This document shows, piece by piece, positions 20,407 through 30,955 of a DNA stretch of 64,000 nucleotides. The notes under the pieces were generated by a model. The model saw only the letters and a list, made by a program, of their open reading frames with translations. It did no database searches and was not told where the DNA came from. The stretch is from Nitrospirota bacterium (GTDB lineage: Bacteria > Nitrospirota > UBA9217), in contig CAWJQQ010000003.1 in the NCBI GenBank assembly GCA_963845065.1, forward strand, positions 160,001 to 224,000, given 5' to 3'. Made by a program: the position numbers and the translations under genes. Each line of letters starts with the position of its first letter. The stretch's first letter is position 1.

Positions 20407-21522
20407 ATGAGAATTCTTTTTATTAATAATTTTAGGTACCGGGGCGGCGGCGAAGAATTTTTGATGGAACTTCTGCCCGGGCTGATAAAAAAGGGTGCGA
20501 CCATCGGTATTGTATGTCGTCCTGAAACACCGTTGACAACAATGTTCGAAGGTCATTCCGTAGTTGTCTACCCCATAGAAAAGTCTGGAATCAAGGGAAT
20601 AAGTTCGTTTTTTGAGATTGCAAATATAATCAAGCAGGGCAGATACGAGATCGTCAGCATCCAGCGAGGCCATGACATCGTTCAGGCTTGGATAGCCATG
20701 CTCCTTTCTGGTGTACATCCGTATCTTGTGCATACTGTTCACATAGCGGACTTCATCAAGTCGCGGTTTCTTCTTAACCGTTTGAACAATATCGTTACGA
20801 TCTCTAAACATATAGTGGACAGAATGGAGGCTTTTGAACCTGCTCTTGCAGGTAAAATAAGAGTTATCCACCATGGTATTGACCTTGATATGTTTAAACC
20901 CATGACAAAAATGCATGGTTTCATCAGGAATCGTTTCGGACTCTCATCCGATACCCCACTCATCAGTACGTCCGGCAGCATGTGGAAGAACCAGATTGAG
21001 TTTCTCGATGCCCTTGTTGAAATACGGAAAGAAATACCGGGTGTCCACTACCTGCTGCTCACACCGTTAGCCGACATGCCCCAACTTCAAGCGTTCAAGA
21101 AACGGGCAGCTGACCTCGGTGTAACTGATATGATTTTATGGTTGGATACGTTGCCAAAGGGCGACATGCCGGCTTACTTTGCTGATATAGACATTGCCGT
21201 CAGTACATTCAGGAATGAGGGGTTTGGTATATGGGTGATTGAAGCGCTGGCTATGGGTACGCCGGTTGTTGCTTTTGACGAAGGCGGCGTGCGCGATGCT
21301 CTTGAGGGATGTCCTGCCGGTATACTCGTCAGGAATGGTGCTCATGGCATGGCTGAAGCAATAATCCGCATATTGCAGAATAAGGAATTACGACAGATCA
21401 TGTCGAAAGCAGGACCGAACTGGGTTGAGGAACGGTTCAGCAAGGATAGGATGATAGAAGAGTACTTTCGGTTTTTCGATGGTGTTATAAAGAATAATTC
21501 GACTTTGCCAGGTAAATATTGA
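20407..21522 (+). CDS. GT4 glycosyltransferase
   Basis: MRILFI..GGGE, IHHGID, EGFGIWVIEALAMGTPVV. Confidence 0.88.
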   Translation: MRILFINNFRYRGGGEEFLMELLPGLIKKGATIGIVCRPETPLTTMFEGHSVVVYPIEKSGIKGISSFFEIANIIKQGRYEIVSIQRGHDIVQAWIAMLLSGVHPYLVHTVHIADFIKSRFLLNRLNNIVTISKHIVDRMEAFEPALAGKIRVIHHGIDLDMFKPMTKMHGFIRNRFGLSSDTPLISTSGSMWKNQIEFLDALVEIRKEIPGVHYLLLTPLADMPQLQAFKKRAADLGVTDMILWLDTLPKGDMPAYFADIDIAVSTFRNEGFGIWVIEALAMGTPVVAFDEGGVRDALEGCPAGILVRNGAHGMAEAIIRILQNKELRQIMSKAGPNWVEERFSKDRMIEEYFRFFDGVIKNNSTLPGKY

Positions 21523-22253
21523 TGTCAACAGCCATTATCCTTATGTACCACAACATTGACACTCCTCCCAAGGGAGTGCGCATACCCAACCTGTACGTGA
21601 CACCGAGAATGTTTCGCTTTCAGATGTGGTACTTAAAGAAGTCAGGATTCAAAGTTCTGTCACTATCGGATATGCTTGCATCTGTTGCTGCAGGGAACAG
21701 AACTAATAATCTTGCAGCCATCACCTTTGACGATGGGTACCGGGATTTTTACATAAACGCTTATCCGATTCTGAAACGTTACGAATATCCATCAACTGTG
21801 TACGTCGTGTCTGATCTCACAGGCAAGGTCAATACATGGGATTCTGACAACGAGAATATCACAAAACCCCTGATGGACTGGGATATGATCCGTGAAATCA
21901 GTCAGTTTGGCGTCGAAATCGGCTCTCACACCAGATCACATCTGCAACTTTCGACTTTATCGGACGAAGCGTTACAGGAGGAACTGAGGGGATCAAAAAA
22001 GACCTTGGAAGAACAGCTTAGCAAGGAGGTTGAGCATTTTTGTTATCCTTATGGAGATTTCGATGATTTGGTGAAAGAACAAGTAAAAAAAGCGGGATAT
22101 CAGTCTGCTGTTACAACTCGAAGAGGCCATGTTCTAGATGGGTTTGACTCCTTTTTATTGCCTAGAGTTTCGATAAAGTTCGTTACGAATCCTGTGACTT
22201 TTCTTTATAAAATTCAAACAGATTCCGAAATGCGGAAGGGGCGGCAGAAATAG
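21519..22253 (+). CDS. Polysaccharide deacetylase (CE4/NodB family)
   Basis: ILMYH, ITFDDGY, GSHTRSH, FCYPYG. Confidence 0.88.
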   Translation: MMSTAIILMYHNIDTPPKGVRIPNLYVTPRMFRFQMWYLKKSGFKVLSLSDMLASVAAGNRTNNLAAITFDDGYRDFYINAYPILKRYEYPSTVYVVSDLTGKVNTWDSDNENITKPLMDWDMIREISQFGVEIGSHTRSHLQLSTLSDEALQEELRGSKKTLEEQLSKEVEHFCYPYGDFDDLVKEQVKKAGYQSAVTTRRGHVLDGFDSFLLPRVSIKFVTNPVTFLYKIQTDSEMRKGRQK

Positions 22254-22424
22254 AAACGGGAAAACTGGTCAGGAATGTTATGCCATGAATTGCAAGCCCT
22301 TCGAATATTTAACTGCATTAATGATGTGTGTCGCCACATTTGTTCATTGATTTTTTGCATGATCAGCCATGGTCACTTTAAAAGAAAGTGCAGTATATGA
22401 AAGAGGATATCTGGAGGAGCGGAG

Positions 22425-23705
22425 ATGAACAGATCGAAGTATTATAGTACAATCGCGTGGTCCCTACTTCTTTTTGCTTTTACCCTACCCCTGTCAAAGA
22501 GTGCTGGTAATATACTTATCTTTCTTATCTACCCAATGGTAGCTGCAGGAGCCTTGTTTTTTAAAGACATTAAAGAGTCGGTAATTATAAACATCAAGCA
22601 ACCTTTAACATTGGCATTCGTTCTCGTTTTTGCTGTCTCATTCGTTGGGATCTTTTTTTCTGGAAAATATGTTGATGGTATGCAAACAGCCAATAAATTC
22701 CTTGAACTACTTGCCATCTATTTCATGTTCTCAGTCTTGATCCCATGCGTCCAGGACAAGTCAAAAAAATATCGGAGCGCTGAATCCCTCCTCATCGCAT
22801 TTCTGATCGGGCTTATGGGATTGAATGTGATAGCAGTGATGACCTATCTCGGCATCGTGGGCGACAAAAAATTCGTTCTTCCATTGGCACCCCTGCACGT
22901 ACACCATATCTGGTTTTCCAACGTAAACGCGATAGGACTCTACGCAGCGGCCGCCTTTCTGCTATATTTCCGGCGCAATCTCTCAAGAGCAGTCAACGTG
23001 TTCTTTTACGTCTCCATAACACTTGCCGTTCTCTGTGTTCTTCTGTCCACAGCACGGACAGCATGGTTCGGCATTCTCTTGACATCAATGGCCATGGCCT
23101 TCCTCGTTAGCAAGAGCAGGAAGACATTCTTCATTATCGCCGGACTAGCCGCCGTGATTTGTGTTGTGGCCTATCTATTCATCCCGTTTGTTCACGAACG
23201 GATTTATATGATCGGAAGCGATATATCGAACTATTCAGCCGGAGAAACAGTGACATCACTCGGCGCACGATTCCTCATGTGGAAAGCAGCACTTAAAATG
23301 TTTTGGTCCAATCCTTTGATAGGGGTCGGTTCCGGTGATTATGTCCCTGCTATGGTCGCATACGTGAACTCGGGACAGTTTCCTAAATTCCTGCTCGATT
23401 TCAACCAGCCGCATAACATATATCTCTTCGCTTTGGCCACCAACGGCTTACCCGGACTGGTCACGCTGCTTTATGTATTTTACAGGATATTGAAGTTCTC
23501 TTTGCCCGTTATCCTGACGGAGGGAGGTAATCCAGACAGTGAAAAAGAAAGATTGTTCGCGTTTCTTGCCGTTGCGACTGCCATACATTTTATGATATCG
23601 GGCCTTACTGATTCATTTTTTAGCATTCAGATACTTCGCTATACCTTTGCGTTTGTCATTGGCGTGTGCGTGAGACAAGCTATTACCACAGAAAATAGCT
23701 CGTAA
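22425..23705 (+). CDS. waaL: O-antigen ligase family protein
   Basis: Multi-pass membrane protein with STARTAW, SLGARFLMW, NPLIGVG, PHNIY; ends the core cluster. Confidence 0.8.
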   Translation: MNRSKYYSTIAWSLLLFAFTLPLSKSAGNILIFLIYPMVAAGALFFKDIKESVIINIKQPLTLAFVLVFAVSFVGIFFSGKYVDGMQTANKFLELLAIYFMFSVLIPCVQDKSKKYRSAESLLIAFLIGLMGLNVIAVMTYLGIVGDKKFVLPLAPLHVHHIWFSNVNAIGLYAAAAFLLYFRRNLSRAVNVFFYVSITLAVLCVLLSTARTAWFGILLTSMAMAFLVSKSRKTFFIIAGLAAVICVVAYLFIPFVHERIYMIGSDISNYSAGETVTSLGARFLMWKAALKMFWSNPLIGVGSGDYVPAMVAYVNSGQFPKFLLDFNQPHNIYLFALATNGLPGLVTLLYVFYRILKFSLPVILTEGGNPDSEKERLFAFLAVATAIHFMISGLTDSFFSIQILRYTFAFVIGVCVRQAITTENSS

Positions 23706-23755
23706 CTCGCTGGGTCCAATCCCCACACAAACAACTGCCGTCTGAGGACCATCGG

Positions 23756-24733
23756 CTAAAGGTTATTTTTCTTTTCCCACTCCCATGCCGTTTTGATGAT
23801 GAAATTGAGGTCGTCATAGTGCGGTTGCCAATGCAGCTTCTGCCTGATTTTCGAACTGTCCGCAACGAGGACAGGCGAATCACCTTCACGGCGTTGTGAT
23901 TCTTTGACCGGGAAGTGAATCCCGGAGACCTTGAGAGCTGCGTCTACCACTTCACGAACTGAATATCCATGGCCGTAACCGCAATTGAACACATCGCTAG
24001 TCCCCCCTGAAAAAAGATATTCAAGTGCTCGGATGTGCGCCTCCACAAGATCCATGACTTGGATGTAATCCCTGATGCAGGTCCCGTCAGGAGTATCGTA
24101 GTCGGTCCCGTGAATGGCTACGTTTTCCCGTTCTCCTTTTGCAGCTTTTAGGATAAGAGGGATCAGATGCGTTTCAGGATAATGCCGTTCACCTATCCGT
24201 GCGAGCAGGTCAGCGCCTGCCGCATTGAAGTATCTTAGCGAAATATAGCGAAAAGCTTTAACTCGTGATAGGTCTGCCAAGATCCTTTCAACAAAAGCTT
24301 TTGACCAGCCATAGGGATTACTTGGGTTTATCGGTTCCTCCTCCGTTATGGGGACGCGTTTCGGATGCCCATACACAGCTGCAGTCGAAGAAAAGATAAA
24401 GTTATTGATCCCTTCATTTGTCATTGCGTCGAGAAGATTGATGGCATTCACGCTGTTGTTGACATAATACTTAAGCGGATCCAGAACCGACTCTCCGACT
24501 TGGATAAAGGCCGCAAAATGGATCACCGCATCGGGCTTGAAATCGTGAAGCGCCGATTTTAATAAGTGCGTATCCCTTAAATCACCGACAACCAGTTTAC
24601 CGGATAGCAAGGCATCGCGATGTCCTGTTATCAGGCTGTCGTACACCAGAACATCGAAGCCTTTTTCTCCCAGCGCTGCCACCATGTGGCTTCCAATGTA
24701 TCCAGCGCCACCGGTGATAAAAATTTTTTTCAC
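23756..24733 (-). CDS. galE: UDP-glucose 4-epimerase
   Basis: TGGAGYIGSH, HFAA, FSSTAAVYG, YGWSK, LRYFNAAGA, DGTCIRDYI. Confidence 0.95.
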   Translation of the reverse strand: MKKIFITGGAGYIGSHMVAALGEKGFDVLVYDSLITGHRDALLSGKLVVGDLRDTHLLKSALHDFKPDAVIHFAAFIQVGESVLDPLKYYVNNSVNAINLLDAMTNEGINNFIFSSTAAVYGHPKRVPITEEEPINPSNPYGWSKAFVERILADLSRVKAFRYISLRYFNAAGADLLARIGERHYPETHLIPLILKAAKGERENVAIHGTDYDTPDGTCIRDYIQVMDLVEAHIRALEYLFSGGTSDVFNCGYGHGYSVREVVDAALKVSGIHFPVKESQRREGDSPVLVADSSKIRQKLHWQPHYDDLNFIIKTAWEWEKKNNL

Positions 24734-24772
24734 AGTTTTCCCTGCCTATTTTGTTGAGATCACGGATCCGAC

Positions 24773-26212
24773 CTAATAAGCTCCTTCTCTAAGGAGAACG
24801 ACTCTGAAGGTTTTGAATAAGATAACGATGTCCAGCCAAACGGACCAGTTGAGAACATACCATGCATCGAGTATAAGGCGGTCTTCAAAAGTTAGTTTGT
24901 TCCTGCCCGACACCTGCCACAAGCCGGATATTCCAGGAGGCGTCAGGAGAATCGTATCAATGTAATACTTCATGTCGCTCTCCTCACGTCGTAAATACGG
25001 ACGAGAACCGACGAGACTCATTTCACCTTTAAATATGTTAAAGAACTGCGGTAGCTCGTCCATCGACGTTTGTCTCAGGAATTTTCCGATACGGGTAATT
25101 CGCGGATCCAGGCCTTTTAATTTTTTATATTTCTGCCATTCCAGTGCCTTCTCCGGATTAGACTGCAGATGATCATTGAGAAGATCATCGCTTTGTAAAT
25201 ACATGGTCCTGAACTTTATGCATTTAAAAATAGTTCTATTCTTGCCGAAACGGTCCTGTATGTGGAAAACGGGTCCTTGCGAATCCAGTTTAATAAATAA
25301 GGCGAAAAAGGCGATGACTAACAGTAAAAGAGGCAAAAGGAGAATGACGATCGTCAAATCAAACATTCTCTTTACAAAACGGTTGAGCGTTGATTTCAGG
25401 TTGTTATTGATCTTGAGCAGAAACAGCTGCTCCATAAATAGGTAGTAGAGTTCTGTATTAGAAAGTGCTACTCCTTTTACATCGGGAACAAGTAGAATTG
25501 TTTTGGAGTATTTCTGGATCTCGTTGGTAAGTTGCGAAAGTTTATCATTTGATAGAGAGGGGATAGCGACGATTACGGTCGAAATCTCGAACTGTTTGAC
25601 AATGTTTTTGCAATCGCTGACTTTCCCCAAGATATCATAGGAGTTGTCACCAACCTGAACATGCTTGCCAATACTCTCATCATCGTCGAGGAATCCTACT
25701 ATGTGATAGCCAATATGGGCGTCAGAATTTATTCCTTTCGCGGTTGTTAATCCCGCTGCACCTGCGCCGATAATAATGACATTATCACGCCAAATAATGG
25801 CACTCAATACTTTCTTGCCGATGAGACGGAACAGGGGAAGGGAAAATAAGCTATAAAAACAAAGAAAAACAATGGTTAAGCGGGAAATCCCGGCCATTTT
25901 CCCAAGGGATATCACTGCGAGAATTGTTATAGTGGACGCAGAAATTGATTTGAAAATTTCTTTTGTTTCGTCCCAGAAGGGGAGCTTTTTAACGTAAAGA
26001 CTGGCATATGCGATAAAGGCTATAAAGATGACCGGTAGCCACCAGAAGCTTACAAAGAAACCGAGAGAAAACCGTAGTGGGATCACCTTCGGATACAAGA
26101 CTTGAAGCAATACCCTGGAATAATAGGCCGCAAGAAGGGCGGAGTAAAAAGCAGTGATGTCCAGTAATAACAATAAGACAATCTTTAAGATATTTCTTAT
26201 TTTTTCTGTCAA
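24773..26212 (-). CDS. wbaP: Undecaprenyl-phosphate sugar-1-phosphate transferase (WbaP-like), copy 1
   Basis: N-terminal TM domain, [35 protein letters not shown]. Confidence 0.88.
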   Translation of the reverse strand: MTEKIRNILKIVLLLLLDITAFYSALLAAYYSRVLLQVLYPKVIPLRFSLGFFVSFWWLPVIFIAFIAYASLYVKKLPFWDETKEIFKSISASTITILAVISLGKMAGISRLTIVFLCFYSLFSLPLFRLIGKKVLSAIIWRDNVIIIGAGAAGLTTAKGINSDAHIGYHIVGFLDDDESIGKHVQVGDNSYDILGKVSDCKNIVKQFEISTVIVAIPSLSNDKLSQLTNEIQKYSKTILLVPDVKGVALSNTELYYLFMEQLFLLKINNNLKSTLNRFVKRMFDLTIVILLLPLLLLVIAFFALFIKLDSQGPVFHIQDRFGKNRTIFKCIKFRTMYLQSDDLLNDHLQSNPEKALEWQKYKKLKGLDPRITRIGKFLRQTSMDELPQFFNIFKGEMSLVGSRPYLRREESDMKYYIDTILLTPPGISGLWQVSGRNKLTFEDRLILDAWYVLNWSVWLDIVILFKTFRVVLLREGAY

Positions 26213-26564
26213 AAAAATGTCCTATAGAACGCAGAATTACCTCAGGTGCTCAGGCATATCTTGAATTTGAAGTTATATCCGAAAGTATCCTAAGATATTA
26301 TAATCATTTCTAAATTGCAAGGTGATAATTTTGACTTTTAACCCAAAGATTTAAACTCACTTTCTCGAAAAAGTCCGAATCTTAATGAAAAACGATAATG
26401 AATGACCAGATTGAGTAATCGAACGGATATTTGTAAATAGACGCAGCCGGTAGAGTACAGTGTTTAATGTAACCATAACTCAGGTAGACACATTGTAGTG
26501 CGAGTAGGAGAACTCGAAACTAGTTAACCGCATGACAAAAAAGCTTTTTTATGATTTTCCTTCC

Positions 26565-26615
26565 TTGACAATTTGATGAGCAATGTGATATTATCCCTCT
26601 GTTCAATTTTGAACA
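26565..26615 (+). promoter_or_regulatory. sigma70 promoter with palindromic operator upstream of the EPS-MarR gene
   Basis: TTGACA (26565), 18-bp spacer, TGnTATTAT (-10 at 26589-26594); palindrome TGTTCAA-tt-TTGAACA at 26600-26615. Confidence 0.65.
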
Positions 26616-26718
26616 TTGTATTATCTCATGTAGCCAGACAGAGGAATAGAAATATATTTTAAAGCAACTATGTGTTTTAATGACCTAAAAAATTGCCGGC
26701 AAATACAGAGAGAATTTT

Positions 26719-27045
26719 ATGAAGCCAGACATTGGATGTACGCAAATATTAAGAGAGATTTCAAAGAATCCGAATATCTCACAAAGAGAAATTGCTTTAA
26801 AGCATAGGATCAGTTTGGGCAAAGTAAATTATGCTATCAAATCTTTAATCAGGGAAGGTTTTATAAAAATCCAAAGCTTTTCAGGTACGCCAAAAAGGCA
26901 AAGATATACATACATTTTAACACCAATAGGCATGGATGAAAAGGTTAGACAGACAACCAATTTTTTAAAATGGAAATTGGACGAATATGAGCGGATGAAA
27001 AAAGAAATCGAGGAATTGAAGGAGGACGTTAACAACTTTTTATAG
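26719..27045 (+). CDS. MarR family EPS-associated transcriptional regulator
   Basis: NPNISQREIA..ISLGKVNY.IKSL..G.IK; YILTP.G.EK; F..KL.EYE. Confidence 0.9.
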   Translation: MKPDIGCTQILREISKNPNISQREIALKHRISLGKVNYAIKSLIREGFIKIQSFSGTPKRQRYTYILTPIGMDEKVRQTTNFLKWKLDEYERMKKEIEELKEDVNNFL

Positions 27046-27366
27046 AAGTGTTCGACTGGATCGCTAATCGATGTCGATAGCCCTGTCAGAGGAGCGATGT
27101 GTCTGATTAGTGTTAAGTGACGATAGCTGCAAACTCATAGTTATTGAAAAATCATGCGGTTAGTCCCTTTGGGAATGCGACACGAGCAATTGGGAATTTT
27201 AATCGATAAACGTGCCAGCCAGATATTGGTTATCGGATCAGAATATCGAATAGTGTCATCTTCGCAGACAGTAAAACTGTGACTGAGGGGGCGGAGTTGT
27301 ACTATCAGTTAGAAAAAATAACTGCTGCAATAACTAAAAAATATAAATAATATATGTGGAGAAGAT

Positions 27367-28548
27367 ATGAAAAAAGCATTGATCACGGGAATTACAGGTC
27401 AGGATGGTTCGTATCTGGCGGAATTGCTCCTCTCGAAAGGTTATGAAGTTCATGGCCTCATTCGCCGTGCAAGCACATTTAACACTGGTAGAATAGATCA
27501 TATTTATACAGACCCCCATATCCCTAGTGCAAAACTTTTTTTGCACTACGGCGACCTCTCCGATGCCGGACTGCTAGCGCACAGTATTTACAACATTGAA
27601 CCGGATGAAATTTATAATCTTGCCGCTCAAAGTCATGTTCGTGTCAGTTTTGATATGCCAGAATACACAGGGGATATAGTCGGCCTCGGCACGACAAGGC
27701 TCCTCGAATCCATTCAACGCAGCGGAATCAAAACGAAATATTATCAAGCATCGTCGTCAGAAATGTTTGGTGCTACACCACCACCACAGAATGAAAAGAG
27801 CCTGTTCTATCCAAGAAGTCCTTATGCAGCAGCAAAAGTGTATGCATACTGGATGGCTGTAAATTATCGGGAAGGCTACAATCTTTTTGCTTGCAATGGA
27901 ATCCTGTTTAACCATGAATCACCCCGAAGGGGCGAAACATTTGTCACGAGAAAAATAACGAGAGCAATAGCAAAAGTTATTGCTGGAAAACAGCGCAAGC
28001 TTTATCTTGGGAATCTAGATGCCAAGAGGGACTGGGGATTCGCTCCTGAATATGTTGAATGTCAATGGCTCATCCTTCAACAGGACAAACCGGAAGACTA
28101 TGTGATCGGTACGGGAGAAAGTCATTCAGTAAGAGAATTTGTTGAGCTCGGCTTTAAATACGCAGGGATTGAACTTGAGTGGAGAGGGAAAGGTATAAAA
28201 GAACAAGGTATCGTTTCTTCGGTGAATAATAAACAGAATGAAGGCGGGATTAGAAAAGCCACCTCTTCATTGGGTTCTTTCAGCTCAATTACGCCGAAAG
28301 CAGGTGATATCCTTATCGAGATCGATCCGCGCTATTTCCGGCCCACGGAAGTTGATTTTCTCCTTGCAGATTATTCAAAGGCTAAAAGACAGCTCGGGTG
28401 GGAACCCAAAGTTACTTTTGGAGATTTGGTGAAAATCATGGTAGATGCGGACATGGTAGCAGATAACCTCGTGCCGCCGGGTGATGGCAAAACAATATTG
28501 CTCGCCAAGGGCATACACTGGACTAAGAACAGGGTGACAACGGGATAA
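27367..28548 (+). CDS. gmd: GDP-mannose 4,6-dehydratase
   Basis: [48 protein letters not shown]. Confidence 0.97.
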   Translation: MKKALITGITGQDGSYLAELLLSKGYEVHGLIRRASTFNTGRIDHIYTDPHIPSAKLFLHYGDLSDAGLLAHSIYNIEPDEIYNLAAQSHVRVSFDMPEYTGDIVGLGTTRLLESIQRSGIKTKYYQASSSEMFGATPPPQNEKSLFYPRSPYAAAKVYAYWMAVNYREGYNLFACNGILFNHESPRRGETFVTRKITRAIAKVIAGKQRKLYLGNLDAKRDWGFAPEYVECQWLILQQDKPEDYVIGTGESHSVREFVELGFKYAGIELEWRGKGIKEQGIVSSVNNKQNEGGIRKATSSLGSFSSITPKAGDILIEIDPRYFRPTEVDFLLADYSKAKRQLGWEPKVTFGDLVKIMVDADMVADNLVPPGDGKTILLAKGIHWTKNRVTTG

Positions 28549-28704
28549 ATCCAAACTTCGGACAAACCGTTATTTTTTAATCATTTTGGCCCGACCTCTC
28601 TCGTAATTCTCGCTTCAGGACTCTGGTAGATGGGTAGCATGGAGAGTTAAGCGGATCTTGAGTAGTTTAAATGAACTCATCGAACGCGCGGACGTCATAT
28701 ATCA

Positions 28705-29532
28705 ATGTTAATAAAAAAAGCCGTTGACATGATGAAGCATTTTTATTTCTTTATTCGAGACCTTTTCGCTAGTAAATCAATAGTTCTTGAGTTGACCAAA
28801 AATGACTTCAGATCAAGATATTTGGGATCATACCTTGGCTTAGTGTGGGCATTCGTACAGCCGACAATAACTATATTAATATTTTGGTTCGTGTTTGAAT
28901 TCGGCTTCAAATCTAAACCTGTTGGAAATTTTCCATATATTCTCTGGCTGATATCAGGGTTGATACCTTGGTTTTTTTTCAGTGACAGTATATCAACGGC
29001 AACAAACTCAATAACTGAAAAAAGTTATTTGGTAAAAAAAGTCGTATTCCGTGTCAGCATTTTGCCGATCATCAAAATATTGTGTGCCCTTATTATTCAT
29101 CTTTTTTTTCTTTGCTTTATGTTAGCCATGTTCATTATGTACGGTTATATGCCGAGTCTGTACACTCTTCAAGTATTATATTATCTATTTGGCGCAATAA
29201 TTTTGATATTAGGCATGTCATGGATCACTGCGTCATTGTTTATATTTCTAAAGGATATAGGACAAGTGGTTGTCATTTTTCTTCAATTTGGTTTTTGGAT
29301 TACCCCCATTTTCTGGTCTCTTCAATCGGTGCCAGAAAAATATCAGATATTTTTTAAGCTAAACCCTGTTTATTATGTTACGGAAGGGTACCGGGATAGT
29401 CTGATTCACAAGGTTTGGTTCTGGGAACATCCTGGCTTAACTTTAATTTTTTGGGCAATTACAGGCATAATATTCATTTTTGGTGCGATTCTTTTTAGAA
29501 GACTGAGACCTCACTTTGCGGACGTGTTATAA
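28705..29532 (+). CDS. wzm: Polysaccharide ABC transporter permease
   Basis: RYLGSYLGLVW, LVKKVVF, TPIFW, LNP, FADVL. Confidence 0.92.
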   Translation: MLIKKAVDMMKHFYFFIRDLFASKSIVLELTKNDFRSRYLGSYLGLVWAFVQPTITILIFWFVFEFGFKSKPVGNFPYILWLISGLIPWFFFSDSISTATNSITEKSYLVKKVVFRVSILPIIKILCALIIHLFFLCFMLAMFIMYGYMPSLYTLQVLYYLFGAIILILGMSWITASLFIFLKDIGQVVVIFLQFGFWITPIFWSLQSVPEKYQIFFKLNPVYYVTEGYRDSLIHKVWFWEHPGLTLIFWAITGIIFIFGAILFRRLRPHFADVL

Positions 29533-30851
29533 TGACAACTGCAGAAATTGCGTTACGCGTTGATAATTTATCGAAGATATATGCGCTTTATGATGTTCCT
29601 GTCGACAGATTGAAGGAATCTCTTAACCCATTCAGAAAGAAGTATCATAAAGACTTTTACGCCTTAAAAAATATAACTCTTAATATCAGCAAGGGCGAAG
29701 CTGTTGGAATCATTGGCAAGAACGGATCAGGCAAATCGACATTGCTGAAAATATTGACCGGAGTCCTGACCCCGTCTGCTGGTCATATGGCGACGAACGG
29801 CACCATATCTGCTCTTCTGGAATTGGGTACGGGATTCAACCCCGACTTGACGGGAATAGAAAATATCTATTTCAGCGGGACCATTATGGGGTATTCGAAA
29901 AACCAGATGTCTGCAAAATTAGACGATATACTTTCTTTTGCGGATATCGGTGATTTTGTCAAACAACCGGTTAAAACTTATTCAAGCGGTATGTTCGTCC
30001 GGCTTGCATTTGCAGTTGCGATTACCGTAGACCCTGATATTTTAATCGTAGACGAAGCGTTATCGGTTGGGGACATCAGATTTTCTCAAAAATGCTATAG
30101 AAAAATCAAAGAATTCAGGAGTCGCGGTAAAACAATTATCATGGTTACGCACGACACCGGGGCGGTTATTAGCTTCTGCACAAGGGCGGTCTGGTTGCAG
30201 GATGGAGAAGTCCGTCAGGATGGCAATCCTGATGATGTCGTTAAGCAATATATTTCATTCATGAGCTACGGCACAACGGCGCTGGATACAGAAAGGGCTG
30301 AATCAGGAAAACTGGGCATACTAAAGCAAGACCCACAGAACGTCGAGGACCGTTCCAAGGCAATTCAATGGGAAGAGGTCAGTGCGTGTTCTTCGTTTGG
30401 CGAAGGGGGGGCTAAAATAACGAGAGTCGCACTATACGACAAAGATTATTCGCATAGAATTACATTTATCAAAGGCGAAAGCGAAAGAGTCGTAAAGTTT
30501 TTAGTTGAGTTTATCTGCATGCAAGATATTGAATCTCCTATTGTAGGATTTACGGTTAAAGACGAGTTGGGAAACCAAATACTAGGTACAAACAGCAGTA
30601 TCCTCGGAATGAATCTTCAGCGTTTTATAAGTGGGAATAAAAATACGATCGAATTTGAATTCGAATTTCCTCTTTTAAGAAACGGAAATTATTCAATCTC
30701 TCCGGCTATCGCGGAGGGAACGCTTGAAAAGCATATACAACATCACTGGGTGCATGATGCCTACGTCGTGCAGCTTGTGAGCAAGAATGAAGCGGCAAAA
30801 ATGGGATTTCTTATTCCCATGGTCAATAATATTACGATAAATATATTCTGA
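29532..30851 (+). CDS. wzt: Polysaccharide ABC transporter ATPase with C-terminal Wzt carbohydrate-binding domain
   Basis: GKNGSGKST, YSSGMFVRLAFA, DEALSVGD, plus a C-terminal extension of roughly 170 aa. Confidence 0.93.
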   Translation: MTTAEIALRVDNLSKIYALYDVPVDRLKESLNPFRKKYHKDFYALKNITLNISKGEAVGIIGKNGSGKSTLLKILTGVLTPSAGHMATNGTISALLELGTGFNPDLTGIENIYFSGTIMGYSKNQMSAKLDDILSFADIGDFVKQPVKTYSSGMFVRLAFAVAITVDPDILIVDEALSVGDIRFSQKCYRKIKEFRSRGKTIIMVTHDTGAVISFCTRAVWLQDGEVRQDGNPDDVVKQYISFMSYGTTALDTERAESGKLGILKQDPQNVEDRSKAIQWEEVSACSSFGEGGAKITRVALYDKDYSHRITFIKGESERVVKFLVEFICMQDIESPIVGFTVKDELGNQILGTNSSILGMNLQRFISGNKNTIEFEFEFPLLRNGNYSISPAIAEGTLEKHIQHHWVHDAYVVQLVSKNEAAKMGFLIPMVNNITINIF

Positions 30852-30955
30852 CCGTTTATCGGTTATCAGCATTCTAACCAATTAATTTATCGAGTTTGTG
30901 CTCGGAGAATGGCGGGTGACAAAAATCGCTTATATATGTATCGGTCGATATATAA

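Noticed and set aside
27280..27300. ops/JUMPstart-like GGCGGAG upstream of gmd (also GGGTAGCATG near 28632)
   Set aside because: Neither matches GGCGGTAG, and no RfaH/NusG paralog is in the window.
28225..28300. Extra loop in Gmd with an imperfect inverted repeat AATGAAG/CTTCATT
   Set aside because: This part of Gmd is length-variable, and a 7-bp stem can occur by chance.
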